From: Patescibacteria group bacterium
Lineage (GTDB): Bacteria > Patescibacteriota > Microgenomatia > CAYGWK01
DNA: 64,000 bases
Direction of reading: 5' to 3'
NCBI GenBank assembly: GCA_049322615.1
Contig: JBMORX010000009.1
Span: 57,120 to 121,119, forward strand
The position numbers and the translations under genes are program-made. This document shows positions 1 to 10,174 of this stretch, piece after piece (the first letter of the stretch is position 1; every line of letters begins with the position of its first letter). The notes beneath the pieces were generated by a model, which saw only the letters and a list, made by a program, of their open reading frames with translations, had not been told where the DNA came from and made no database searches.

Positions 1-245
1 GCCAGAGCCATGGGTAGGTTCGGCATAACAACCGCTAAAGTGAGAAAACTCCCCGCAGCCAGAAGATAAAGAATCTCTTTGACATATGGATAACGTTCGT
101 TAAGCCTCTGGAGTTTTTTCTCAAGTGAGTCTTTGTCCTGTTGGAAAATTTTTGCTGCTTTCTCCCAATCTACTTTGGAAAAATCTTCTTTCGCTTCTGA
201 TGACTTTGCCTTCTTAATTTTCCTTATTATCTTAATTTTCTTCAC
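1..245 (-). CDS. partial ORF running off the left edge (hypothetical, hydrophobic C-terminal region; GTG start near 245)
   Basis: open minus-strand frame from ~245 to the window edge; absent from the ORF track because it is incomplete. Confidence 0.25.
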   Translation of the reverse strand, partial: MKKIKIIRKIKKAKSSEAKEDFSKVDWEKAAKIFQQDKDSLEKKLQRLNERYPYVKEILYLLAAGSFLTLAVVMPNLPMAL

Positions 246-466
246 TGTTTCAAATTAGTAAATTTATTTATAATTAATTTGGTTTATTTAAAGCTTAATC
301 TGGATTTAGCTTATTCTATTCTGGTCGCAAAGTCAAGCGACCGCATAGTTTTGCGGCCGGGGGGTAAACGTAAGAGGGAAACCTTGGTTTTTGATTAATA
401 GCGGATAAATCCTAAAACATCAAGCATTCTTAAACGGCCAACCATTCCTCAGGGATCAGGAGCTGA

Positions 467-772
467 CTAGTCAATGATTCTGGTATCATATATAAATGGA
501 CATTGGTGCTCAGGATCGACGTGAACTATTTGTCTTTCAAAGTGTGTTATCCTAAAAGGACTTTCGGGCTTAAATAATCTGTCTGAACCAAATGTTACTT
601 TGTAGCAGATATTCCAGGGTTCCTCTGGATTAGTCTTAATTTTTGAGTCTATGCCAATGGATTCATTAATTTTACCTCTTAAATTGGCTGAGAATGAAAC
701 TTCATCTTCTTCCATGGGCGTCTTTCGGTTAATCAGCAAAACTACTTCATCGTCACTTCCGTAAACACTCAA
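467..772 (-). CDS. hypothetical protein; the open frame continues upstream to ~1070 with no canonical start
   Basis: ORF track; upstream in-frame translation reads like protein. Confidence 0.4.
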   Translation of the reverse strand: MSVYGSDDEVVLLINRKTPMEEDEVSFSANLRGKINESIGIDSKIKTNPEEPWNICYKVTFGSDRLFKPESPFRITHFERQIVHVDPEHQCPFIYDTRIID

Positions 773-1121
773 GTGAGAAACAGTTAAACTTTCCTTATCG
801 GTAAGGAATGGTTGGCCTTCCCGTACCTTTCCCTCTGTCTGAGCTTTCCTATAAGCAACAATTTTATTCTGCCAATATTTGATTAATTTTTCTGAGTATT
901 CTGCGCGAAGTTGGAGAAGTCTTCCGGTATTGCCATTGGTATCGAGTTCACGGGTAAGCGCCTCAAAAGCTTCTGCCAGTAACGCAGAATGCGGAATTTC
1001 AGAAAGTTCCTGTGCTTCCCGGTCAGTGATTTGAAGAGGAAAGAATTCCTCTGGTAATCAGGCCATACTGGTTAAGGAGGCAGTGTTAATACGATACTCT
1101 CTTAAAAGTTGTCTGTCAAGT

Positions 1122-3170
1122 TTAATTTGGTTCGATGGGTTTGAGGGTGAATCTTTTGAGTTTTTCTTGCAGAGCAGGGAACTGGTTTAATTTGTCGATA
1201 ACCGACTCGGCGGCTTGGCGGGTTTGCTTAATAAGCCCCAGGTCAGTAAACGAGGCGACTCTTAAATCGGGAAATCCGTGTTGGGCGGTGCCATAGATTT
1301 CTCCAGGACCGCGAAGTTTTAAATCGAGTTCTGCCAGCTCTGCCCCAATGTACATTTTTTCCATAGCTTTAAGACGCTGAATTGCCCTTCCTTCGGTCAC
1401 CTCGGTGAAAAGGAGACAGAAAGACTGTTTGACGCTCCGGCCTACCCTGCCCCGAAGTTGGTGAAGCTGAGCCAAACCAAATCTGTCCGCAGCCTCAATC
1501 ATCATAATCGTCGCCTGGGGAATATCGATTCCGACCTCAACCACCGGAGTTGAAACAAGAACATCAAGAGTGCCCTGGCGAAATCTGTCAATTACTTCAT
1601 CTTTTTCTTTGCTTTTTAGTCTACCGTGTAAAAGTCCAAGTTTAAGGTCCGGAAAGATTTTTTTTGAAAGATTCTCAAACTCTACCGTTGCCGCTTTAAT
1701 AGACTTTAATGTTTCGCTTTCCTCAATTAAAGGACAAATAATAAAAGCCTGCTCGCTTGTCCCTTTTACCCTTTGTCTGATCCAGTTGTAGGCAGGCTGC
1801 CTTTTTATTGGCGGCACGACCCAGGTTTTTATTCTTTGTCTTCCCGGAGGCATCTCATCAAGAACTGAAAGGTCTAAATCTCCATACAAGGTAAGAGCAA
1901 TAGTTCTCGGGATTGGGGTGGCGGTCATGGTTAAAATGTGAGGGCTGGAGCCTTTCTTGATTAGCTCTCCTCTCTGTTCTACTCCAAAGCGGTGTTGTTC
2001 ATCAATGATGACAAGCCCAAGATTTTCAAATTTAATCCCTTTTTGGATTAGGGCATGGGTGCCGATATAAACATTGGGTGGGAAGTGGGAAGTGGGAAGT
2101 GGGAAGTGTTTTTTGCTTCCAGTCAAGAGAGCGATCTTTATTCCAAAGGGAGAAAGAAGTTGGTTTAAGGTCTGGTAGTGCTGGTTTGCCAAAATTTCTG
2201 TTGGCGCCATCAGAACAGACCGGAAGCCATTAAGATAAGCAATGTAGACAGCAATAGCGGCAACCACGGTTTTTCCTGAGCCAACATCGCCTTCTAAAAG
2301 TCGATTCATGGGTTTATCAAAAGCTAGATTGGCGAGGATCTCCCGGAGAGAGCGTTTTTGAGCACCGGTTAATTCGAATGGAAGGCTGTGAATAAAATCT
2401 AAAACTTTTTCCTGATCAATAAAAAATTTATTGGAGAGGGTTTTCTTTTGCCAATCTTGTTTTCTCTTCAAGCCTGCCAGTTGGATTAAGAAAAGTTCGT
2501 CAAAGGCGAGACGATTCCTTGCCTGTTCTGCCTGGATTTTATTTTCAGGAAAGTGGATCCAGCGTAAAGCAGGTGGCAAATTGAGTAAATTATATGTTTG
2601 AGTAATCTCTTTCGGCAAAAAATCATTTATGGATGGTAATATCTGTTCGAGTAATGGAGCAATTCGGGAACGAAGCCATTTTGAGGAAACGCCATAAGTT
2701 TCTGGATATATTGGGACTAGTCGACCTGTGTGGATAGCTTTCTGTTGTCTGTCTTCTGTTATCTGTTTTCTGAGTAGTTCATACTCTGGGGAAACCATGA
2801 CAATATTTCTACCAAACCAGTCTACTTTACCCGAGAGATTATACCACTCCCCTACTTTGATAGTTTTAACTAAAAACGGCTGGTTAAACCAAACGATTTC
2901 AATTTTGTCTGTGCTGTCCGCTACTTCCGCTTTTTGAATTTTTTTGCCAGATCGGGTGTATTCGTTTTTAATTGAAAGAACCTGACCTTTAATGGTGAGC
3001 GTTTCTCCAGGCTGGACTCTTGAAATGTCGGAGACCAAAGAGAAATCTTCGTAGCGGTGAGGGAAATGATAAATTAAATCTTCAACCGTTTTTATGCCAA
3101 GCTTTGAAAGTCTTTTGGCAAAAATCGGTCCAACCATATAGAGTTTAGAAACTGGGGTAGATAAGTCCAT
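1122..3170 (-). CDS. recG: ATP-dependent DNA helicase RecG
   Basis: Walker A GDVGSGKT and DEQHRFG helicase motifs; 682 aa. Confidence 0.9.
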   Translation of the reverse strand: MDLSTPVSKLYMVGPIFAKRLSKLGIKTVEDLIYHFPHRYEDFSLVSDISRVQPGETLTIKGQVLSIKNEYTRSGKKIQKAEVADSTDKIEIVWFNQPFLVKTIKVGEWYNLSGKVDWFGRNIVMVSPEYELLRKQITEDRQQKAIHTGRLVPIYPETYGVSSKWLRSRIAPLLEQILPSINDFLPKEITQTYNLLNLPPALRWIHFPENKIQAEQARNRLAFDELFLIQLAGLKRKQDWQKKTLSNKFFIDQEKVLDFIHSLPFELTGAQKRSLREILANLAFDKPMNRLLEGDVGSGKTVVAAIAVYIAYLNGFRSVLMAPTEILANQHYQTLNQLLSPFGIKIALLTGSKKHFPLPTSHFPPNVYIGTHALIQKGIKFENLGLVIIDEQHRFGVEQRGELIKKGSSPHILTMTATPIPRTIALTLYGDLDLSVLDEMPPGRQRIKTWVVPPIKRQPAYNWIRQRVKGTSEQAFIICPLIEESETLKSIKAATVEFENLSKKIFPDLKLGLLHGRLKSKEKDEVIDRFRQGTLDVLVSTPVVEVGIDIPQATIMMIEAADRFGLAQLHQLRGRVGRSVKQSFCLLFTEVTEGRAIQRLKAMEKMYIGAELAELDLKLRGPGEIYGTAQHGFPDLRVASFTDLGLIKQTRQAAESVIDKLNQFPALQEKLKRFTLKPIEPN

Positions 3171-3354
3171 TAAACTAATTATACCACCCAGCTGAGCTGG
3201 GTATTAACCCCGCTTAGCGGGGTCAGCGAAAGATTGTGGAGAGGAACGGAAGAAATGAAGTTAGAATAAGCGCCAAAGAGGCAACAACGACAATTATCGT
3301 CCAGAGTTTTTGTTGTTTTTTAGAAATCTTCATGAATCGCTGATTAGCGCTGAT

Positions 3355-4635
3355 TTATTGCTGATTAGCGCTGATTTTCAAGAATTTTCTTTTTCCAACT
3401 TTTATAATCATTCCGTCTTTAATAGTAATTGGTAATTGGTAATTGGTAATTGGATTGCCATCTATTTCCACTGCTTTCTGTCCGACCAGCCTTTTTGCTT
3501 CGGATCTACTTGTCGCCATGCCTGTACTAACCAGAAGCCCTATTACGTTAACAGAGGATTCTGACATATTGACTACTGGGATGTTGTCAGGTATTTCTTT
3601 TCGTTGAATTTGTCTCTCAAATTTTTTTTCTGCCTGGTGGACTTCGTCTGCGGAATGATAGAGAACCGTGATGTTTCTTGCTAGAATTTTTTTAAGGTCC
3701 ATTGGATGAATATCTCCTGTTTTCCATCGACTAATGAGAGACTTAACTTGTTCAAGAGGCAAGTCTGTTGCTAATTCAAAGAAAATTGGCATCAATTCAT
3801 CAGGGATAGACATTATTTTAAAAAACATGTTTGCTGAGGAATCTAATAAGTCAACAGTATTACCAAGGCTCTTACTCATTTTTTCTTGACCATCAATTCC
3901 TGGAAGATATTTTGTTAAAATGACTTCTTCTGGACGCTGACCAAACGATTTTTGTAAGTCTCGAGTCAGGACGAAATTGAAACGTTGATCAATTCCCCCC
4001 AGCTCCACGTCTGCCTTTACAGCCACTGAGTCATACGCTTGTAAAACAGGATAGAGCATTTCATGGAAAGCCAATACTTTCCCATCCTTCACTCTTTTAG
4101 AAAAAGTTTCATGAGACATTAATTGTCCATAAGTAACTTTTGACATTAATCTAATCAATTTTTCAAGATCAAATTGGCCATACCATTCGGATTGAAGACG
4201 AATCTCGGTTTTGTCGCGATCTAAAATCTTATAAACCTGCTGGAAATATTTTTCTGCATTTCGTTGGACCTCTTCTGCGCTTAATACTTTTCTTGTTGCG
4301 CTCATACCAGAAGGGTCACCTATTCTAGCGGTGTAATCACCGATTATAAAAACGGCTACATGTCCTAATTCCTGAAATTGTTTTAATTTTCTGATTGGAA
4401 CTGCATGTCCAATATGGGCAGACCGCATAGTGGGATCAATGCCGTATTTAACTCTAAGAGGTTTTTTTTCTAGAAGACGGTCTTTTAACCCTTGTTCTGT
4501 AATTATGTCTGCAACGCCTCGTTTTAGAATTTCATTTTCTAAATCTCGCTTTTCATCTTCTTGAAAACTATTCAAACCTAATGGCTGAGTCTCTTTATTA
4601 TTGTGGGTCATTTTTTTCTTTTTGTGTTTTAACAT
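3355..4635 (-). CDS. tyrS: tyrosine--tRNA ligase with C-terminal S4-like domain
   Basis: class I HIGH (AHIGHAVP) and KMSKS (KMSKSLGN) motifs; 426 aa. Confidence 0.88.
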   Translation of the reverse strand: MLKHKKKKMTHNNKETQPLGLNSFQEDEKRDLENEILKRGVADIITEQGLKDRLLEKKPLRVKYGIDPTMRSAHIGHAVPIRKLKQFQELGHVAVFIIGDYTARIGDPSGMSATRKVLSAEEVQRNAEKYFQQVYKILDRDKTEIRLQSEWYGQFDLEKLIRLMSKVTYGQLMSHETFSKRVKDGKVLAFHEMLYPVLQAYDSVAVKADVELGGIDQRFNFVLTRDLQKSFGQRPEEVILTKYLPGIDGQEKMSKSLGNTVDLLDSSANMFFKIMSIPDELMPIFFELATDLPLEQVKSLISRWKTGDIHPMDLKKILARNITVLYHSADEVHQAEKKFERQIQRKEIPDNIPVVNMSESSVNVIGLLVSTGMATSRSEAKRLVGQKAVEIDGNPITNYQLPITIKDGMIIKVGKRKFLKISANQQ

Positions 4636-4893
4636 TTTTAACCCCCACCTATTATTATATCATTATGGGGAGGGACATTCTTCCAGCGGTAGCATTTTTG
4701 TCTCATCTCCCTGTGTTTCTACAAACTTATCTTCATAAGTTTGAATTTTCCGCAAGGATTCGAGTAATATTTTCCGTAGGCCATCTTGTATCTTTTTTTC
4801 TTTTTCCGTCTATAAGGCGATTAACATATAGTTGGAGTTTTGCATGAAGTTAATTTTTGTCTTATTTAACTTGCACTATTTCTTTCGTCTCCT

Positions 4894-5814
4894 TTATTTT
4901 GTAGCTCTTTCGATAATAGCCTCAACTTTTTCTTCGAAAGTAATGCGACCAAGAGAGCCAAATAGCTTTTCGTAGAGCCTAACTATACCCATTAAATGGC
5001 GTCTAGCTCCACCTAAAGATTTATCGCCCATAATACTTTTTGCTTGCATCAATTTTCTTGCGGCATCTTCTCCACGCCTTAACAAAATTCTATTTTCTCC
5101 AGCAACGTGAATGTACGGGGAGGCCTTTGGTCTAGTTTTGTCAAGAGTTCTTCCGGCTTCTAGATAAACAAAAGATAAATCACCACCTATCTTGTCTTTG
5201 TACTCTCTATCAAAAACTCTTTCATCAAAACCCAAATTAGTTTCGGAGGCTTGGATTATCCAACCCATCTTTACAGTCACTCCTTTATATTCTCGATACC
5301 ATTCCATATCGGCCATTTCTCTCTTCACATACTCGTGTTTATCTGTCTCAATGTTATTATAGATATGAGTGTATTCAGGGGATTGAGCAAATTCGGAAGC
5401 AAGAATTATCTCGAGATTTTCAAGACCAAAGTTTTCTCTCATTCTTGTAAGAATTTCCCTGACAGAGGCAGTTTGTCTATCAATCTCAGAATCTCTAAAA
5501 AGCTTATTGCTTTTTGCATGTGTATCAGCAATATGGTGATAAATCATTTTCATTCCCATTGTTCTTCTTATTCTTTCTGCTACAAATACCATCGCCAAAA
5601 CATCAAACGGTAAGGCTAAAGATAGTTCTCTGGCCGTACAAAGACCTGTTCCATAATAAATAGATCCACTCTCTTGTTTTACAGCCTTAGGGTTAATCCC
5701 CGCCAACGATGGAGCAACTTCAATCAATGGTTCGTTCCGGATGAGATTTTGAAAAATTTGTAACCGATCTTTTTCCTCTTGTTCGACCATAGATTGGTTT
5801 AATTCTTTTTCCAT
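4894..5814 (-). CDS. hypothetical protein, last gene of the ligase/enolase/GATase operon
   Basis: 306-aa ORF, co-directional and tightly spaced with the upstream genes; no motif recognised. Confidence 0.55.
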   Translation of the reverse strand: MEKELNQSMVEQEEKDRLQIFQNLIRNEPLIEVAPSLAGINPKAVKQESGSIYYGTGLCTARELSLALPFDVLAMVFVAERIRRTMGMKMIYHHIADTHAKSNKLFRDSEIDRQTASVREILTRMRENFGLENLEIILASEFAQSPEYTHIYNNIETDKHEYVKREMADMEWYREYKGVTVKMGWIIQASETNLGFDERVFDREYKDKIGGDLSFVYLEAGRTLDKTRPKASPYIHVAGENRILLRRGEDAARKLMQAKSIMGDKSLGGARRHLMGIVRLYEKLFGSLGRITFEEKVEAIIERATK

Positions 5815-5843
5815 TATATACTATTACTCAATTTTAATCTAAT

Positions 5844-6563
5844 TTACCTTAAGGCATTTATAAAATTAAAAAAAATCTGTTTTCTTGGTCCGTGAGAAAC
5901 GGAGAAACCTTGTCTTATTGCCAAAAAAATATCTACCCCTCGTTTTTCTAACTCTTCCCTTCTACTCTCTAAAATTTTTCTGGCTTTCTCTGGTGAAATT
6001 TCTGGATGGAACTGGATTCCCCACACAGGGTTAGTGGAGTAACGGAACGCTTGTACCTCGCAAAGCGGAGATTGTGCTAGATTTATTGCATTTTTTGGAA
6101 GAAGTGTAACCTGATCTTTATGGTATTGAAACGACCAAAATTCATCAGGCATGTTAGAGAAAAGTGGGTCAGCTTTACCATTGCTATTAAGAACAATTTT
6201 TGACCATCCTATCTCCGAATTTTCGGCTGACAACTTAACCTCACCACCTAGGATATGTGCTAAAAGTTGATGCCCTAGGCAGATCCCTAATACTGCTTTG
6301 TCTTTGGCTATCATATCGGCTATAAAATCAGCTTCTTTTTTAAGATAGTCATATTGTGGTAAGTGCATTTCGTACACACCCATCGACCCACCACTTATAA
6401 TTACCGCCTCAAAGTCAGAATTCGAAGGCACTTCTTCGCCAAGATGTACTCTTGAAATTTCCCCTCTTCCTCCGGCTGGTTTAATTAGCTCTTTTATGCC
6501 TTCTGCGCGTCTTTCAGCATTCTCAATAATTAGAGTTCGTATTTGCTCTTTCATAAGTTCCAA
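5844..6563 (-). CDS. class I glutamine amidotransferase-like protein (peptidase C26 / gamma-glutamyl hydrolase-like)
   Basis: GICLGHQLL catalytic Cys motif; stand-alone 239-aa GATase1. Confidence 0.75.
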   Translation of the reverse strand: MELMKEQIRTLIIENAERRAEGIKELIKPAGGRGEISRVHLGEEVPSNSDFEAVIISGGSMGVYEMHLPQYDYLKKEADFIADMIAKDKAVLGICLGHQLLAHILGGEVKLSAENSEIGWSKIVLNSNGKADPLFSNMPDEFWSFQYHKDQVTLLPKNAINLAQSPLCEVQAFRYSTNPVWGIQFHPEISPEKARKILESRREELEKRGVDIFLAIRQGFSVSHGPRKQIFFNFINALR

Positions 6564-7852
6564 TCAGGTTTTCGACCTGTTCTTCGCAAATAACTGGCAG
6601 GATAATTTTCATTAGGCTTAAGATGAATCTTCAAAAATTTGCCATCTTTTCCTAGGCGAATCCGCCGGTATTCTTCTTGAGGATTTCGAATAGTAAACTT
6701 TTCAATTTTTTTCCAATCCGGGCGGATACCAAGACCTTTTCCTCGTATAGGTAGAAAATTTTTAGTCTGCGGATCGAAAAGAAATTTCTCTTTAATCAGA
6801 TGTTTCTCATCACGAAACCAATCTGTTGAGGGTTCCCAACCATCACCCGGTAGAGTAGTTGTTGCTAAAGTAGCGGCTGCTTGTTGGTCATAGGCCCGAC
6901 CGATAGCTGTAGGAAAAGTCCCCCCCACCATATTTTTAGTTTTTTCCTGAGTCATCGGAAGAATAGCTTTTTCAATCTCTTGGGCATGATAAAGCCCCCC
7001 CACTTTATGTATCTTAAAATTTAAAGAAAGATTAGCTTTTGTGCACTCAACTGCATTTTTTAAGGTGACAAATGATTCATCTGCCATTACCGGTGTTTCA
7101 TATCCGTATTGTCTTAGTGCTTCTTTGGCAAAAACAAGCCCTTCAATATTGCTCTCTTCTTTTGTGGGTTGTTCCATGAAAAGGAGAGAAGAAAGATTGA
7201 CCCCCATTTTTTTTAAAATCAAAACCAATTCTTTAAATTCTTCCGGTTCGTATCGAGCATTGAAATCAAGAACGAAAGGAATTTGTTTCTCACAAGATAA
7301 CAATGCTACAGCTTTAATTGTTGCAGTATCTTCCTCTTTTGTTTTACCAACTTTAGGTTTAGGAATAAAACCATGTTGAAATTTTCCTTCAACTTCAGCA
7401 ATTAGTAATGCTGTCTCGCTTTGAAAAGAAATACTGGCAAGCGCTTGCCCCCCCAGCCTTTTCTGTCCATACATTTCTAAAATTGACTTTTCATCCATTT
7501 GACCATAAAGGTCATCTAAGGCCATATTTAAAGCAGTGAAAGCAGCTGGAAATCGTTCAAGCAAAGCCCTTCTTAGAGCCTTATCAGTTAGTATACTTTC
7601 TCTTTCTTCAACATTTCTCCCCTCAATTTCTAGTCGTGATAAGGCCCAATATATATCCCAAGCGTCGTAGGTGGAGAAGGGGAAGTCAATACTGGCTTCG
7701 CCGATTCCCTCCATCATTCCAGATTCATCTAAGGCCTTGATTATGAACAATACCCGTGGTAGTTTTTCTAATGCCCCGAATCCTAAAGGGAATGGCCGTT
7801 CCAGATCAATTCCAAGAAGGTATGGTTTAGTTTCTAAAATTTCGTAGCGCAT
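6551..7852 (-). CDS. enolase-superfamily enzyme (mandelate racemase / muconate lactonizing / dipeptide epimerase-like)
   Basis: KPKVGK, LDFNARY, FMEQP, PVMADES and KIHKVGG blocks match MR/MLE metal-ligand regions; 13-nt overlap with the next gene. Confidence 0.75.
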   Translation of the reverse strand: MRYEILETKPYLLGIDLERPFPLGFGALEKLPRVLFIIKALDESGMMEGIGEASIDFPFSTYDAWDIYWALSRLEIEGRNVEERESILTDKALRRALLERFPAAFTALNMALDDLYGQMDEKSILEMYGQKRLGGQALASISFQSETALLIAEVEGKFQHGFIPKPKVGKTKEEDTATIKAVALLSCEKQIPFVLDFNARYEPEEFKELVLILKKMGVNLSSLLFMEQPTKEESNIEGLVFAKEALRQYGYETPVMADESFVTLKNAVECTKANLSLNFKIHKVGGLYHAQEIEKAILPMTQEKTKNMVGGTFPTAIGRAYDQQAAATLATTTLPGDGWEPSTDWFRDEKHLIKEKFLFDPQTKNFLPIRGKGLGIRPDWKKIEKFTIRNPQEEYRRIRLGKDGKFLKIHLKPNENYPASYLRRTGRKPDWNL

Positions 7853-9316
7853 TTATTGGTATAATCCCTTTATCTCTTCTAACGCCAACGCTAATGATTT
7901 TTTTCTGGGGAGACCTTTTTTTTGGAAGCGATAAAACTTTTCTGCTAATTGATCAGACAGTGATCCTGTCATAAGTCTTTTTTCTAAAGTAGTAAGATAC
8001 TCTTCATATTGTTCTTCAGGGATTTCAAGCCAAGCGAGACCTTCTCTTGCCCTGTTTATTTGTCTTGCTAAGATATCTCTGGTTGTTTCTTTTTTTAGCT
8101 CGTTATCGACAAAATCCCACATTTCTCCCCAAAGCCCATGAATCATTACTGAATTTCTATTTTCTTCAATTAAAGATAGGTTAAGTAGCGACTCATTTTC
8201 CTTTTGTGACCAGGCAAGCCTTCCTACATAAAACAGAATCATCCCAATATTTTCAAAAACTGTTGATTGCATCGATGTTGGTCTAAACTCAATTACAGCA
8301 GAATTATCTTTAAACTTAACCCTAACATCTCTCCAATTGAGACCGGTAGCGATGGCTAAAGAATTTTCAGGGGAATAAAGAATAAAAGGATATGCTGCCA
8401 TTCTCTGAAAGTAATCTCTTAGGTCCTTATAGTAGATCCCAGGGAGTCCAATCCTTGTAATTGCTCCTTTTTCGGCTTCTTCAATGGTTCGCGTATCGTG
8501 ACTTATCTCCCAAACCATCATTCTAAGCTCTGATAATCCGGTGTCCTTATTACTCAAAAATCTAGCATTGCCTCCTAATGCCATAGCGAATGGAACTATG
8601 ATGAACGATCTATTAAGTTTATCTACCGCGTCTTCAAAATTTTTTGCTTCTAAGTTAACCTGCATAGCATTGCAAACTGCAACCACAGCAGCGTCTCGCA
8701 CGTCTACCTGCTCTTTTGTGCCAATTATAGTATTAAGACCCCATCTTTTATTTTCGTTATGAAAGTTGGGAACAAGGACATATTTTTCCCTAGTTGACCT
8801 TTTAATTTTGTGGATCTCAACAAAAGGATTCGTACCACAGCTTATAGTTAAAAGGTTTCTCTTACGAGTAGCTGCTAGCATGAGGTTTACCCGCGAGCCT
8901 AGTTCATCCTCGAGTACGTTCACACCGCTACCTAAAATATCTATCGGGTCAGTCCGTAGTTCCATCTGGAAAGCCCCTAATTCTACATCCGCAAGTTTAT
9001 ATTTATCAGATCTTCCCTCGTTTAATTCATTCATAATTACATCTCTTGCGCTTTCAGGAGCCTGGCTTAGGTCTTCTTGTAAGAAGGAGTACTCCATTTC
9101 CAACCCTATTTTTACAACCTTCTCCGTTTTTCTATATTTATCTGGATTATTGAGTATTTCTTGGTATTGATCGTAATAAGCCCGACGCATCTCATCTTCT
9201 CTCTTTTCTCTTTCAGTCAATTTAGACATAAGTGGTAAGACCCATTTATCTTTATCTTTTTCTATCATATTTCTTCTTTTCAAAATATCCGCCTTATACT
9301 TATAGCGGATAGTCAA
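7853..9316 (-). CDS. glutamate--cysteine ligase family 2-like carboxylate-amine ligase
   Basis: IGLEMEYSF block typical of the GCS2/YbdK family; its start codon abuts the stop of the next gene. Confidence 0.6.
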   Translation of the reverse strand: MTIRYKYKADILKRRNMIEKDKDKWVLPLMSKLTEREKREDEMRRAYYDQYQEILNNPDKYRKTEKVVKIGLEMEYSFLQEDLSQAPESARDVIMNELNEGRSDKYKLADVELGAFQMELRTDPIDILGSGVNVLEDELGSRVNLMLAATRKRNLLTISCGTNPFVEIHKIKRSTREKYVLVPNFHNENKRWGLNTIIGTKEQVDVRDAAVVAVCNAMQVNLEAKNFEDAVDKLNRSFIIVPFAMALGGNARFLSNKDTGLSELRMMVWEISHDTRTIEEAEKGAITRIGLPGIYYKDLRDYFQRMAAYPFILYSPENSLAIATGLNWRDVRVKFKDNSAVIEFRPTSMQSTVFENIGMILFYVGRLAWSQKENESLLNLSLIEENRNSVMIHGLWGEMWDFVDNELKKETTRDILARQINRAREGLAWLEIPEEQYEEYLTTLEKRLMTGSLSDQLAEKFYRFQKKGLPRKKSLALALEEIKGLYQ

Positions 9317-9412
9317 TGTAGATATTATTATAACTTACAATGTCAATTTTTTCACAATTGACATTGAGCCGACCACAACGAGAAAGCTAGCCAGCCCCAG
9401 ACTAGGTTGAAC

Positions 9413-9784
9413 TCAATCGCGTCTAGTTTTCTCAATTCTTCTATAAAAATTTAACATATCGGGCTTACTATTTCGAAGATGAGGAGGCGCTGTTTCTTCG
9501 CTCCCAAAATATGGAGGGTAGTTTTCCACCCCTACTCCGTCGTACAGAAGGTTTTTTTCGTCTCTTATAATTATCCTTATGAAGGTGTGTGTTAATCCTG
9601 GAGATATCTCGGCTTCTCTCGCCTCACATTTAATAGGTAGATTTTGCTCTGAGATAAGTCTCTCAATTTCGTTAATTGTAATTGAGGTCCAAACTCTACA
9701 AAACCCTTTCCGACATGCCTCAGAAACTGATTTGTTTTGCGAAAGGTATTCCGGTAAGGAAGACATAAGTCTCTCAGAAATCAT
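9413..9784 (-). CDS. hypothetical protein
   Basis: ORF track only. Confidence 0.35.
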   Translation of the reverse strand: MISERLMSSLPEYLSQNKSVSEACRKGFCRVWTSITINEIERLISEQNLPIKCEAREAEISPGLTHTFIRIIIRDEKNLLYDGVGVENYPPYFGSEETAPPHLRNSKPDMLNFYRRIEKTRRD

Positions 9785-10174
9785 TTACTTTTAATTTGAA
9801 AGACAAAAGAGTCAAATTTGCTCATTTCTTGAGTTATCCAGCTGAGTTCTGGGCACAAAATGGCTACATGATTTCTGGAGACTTGGTTTAGATGATACTG
9901 AACATATTCTACCTTCAACTAAAGAGGGAGGACCTTCAATGGCTCCAGGGGCGTCTATTTTAGCGATTAAAGACTTTGAAGGAGCACCTTTTGATATAAG
10001 GCAAAGACCCCACGACTCACTATGGCAACCAGGAACAATCTGACTTTCTACGTTTGTAGCCATGTTGGCTCATATTATAGTGTTTCTCTTAAGAAATGTC
10101 AAATCAATCAATCAAAGAATTATTTTGACCTTGCTTGTTTTACACTAGGACTAACTCTATTATATAATTCAAGT

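Noticed and set aside
4581-4847. 88-aa plus-strand ORF upstream of tyrS, and similar antisense ORFs inside large genes (for example 1570..1791, 2728..2937, 7041..7379, 8766..9170, 11358..11630, 22175..22475, 51521..52492)
   Set aside because: These are antisense to, or embedded in, well-supported genes. Their composition is biased and they have no motifs.
9812-10063. 83-aa minus-strand ORF upstream of the penicillin-binding protein gene
   Set aside because: It has no motifs, lies in a promoter region and overlaps the originally called start of the penicillin-binding protein gene; it cannot be supported.
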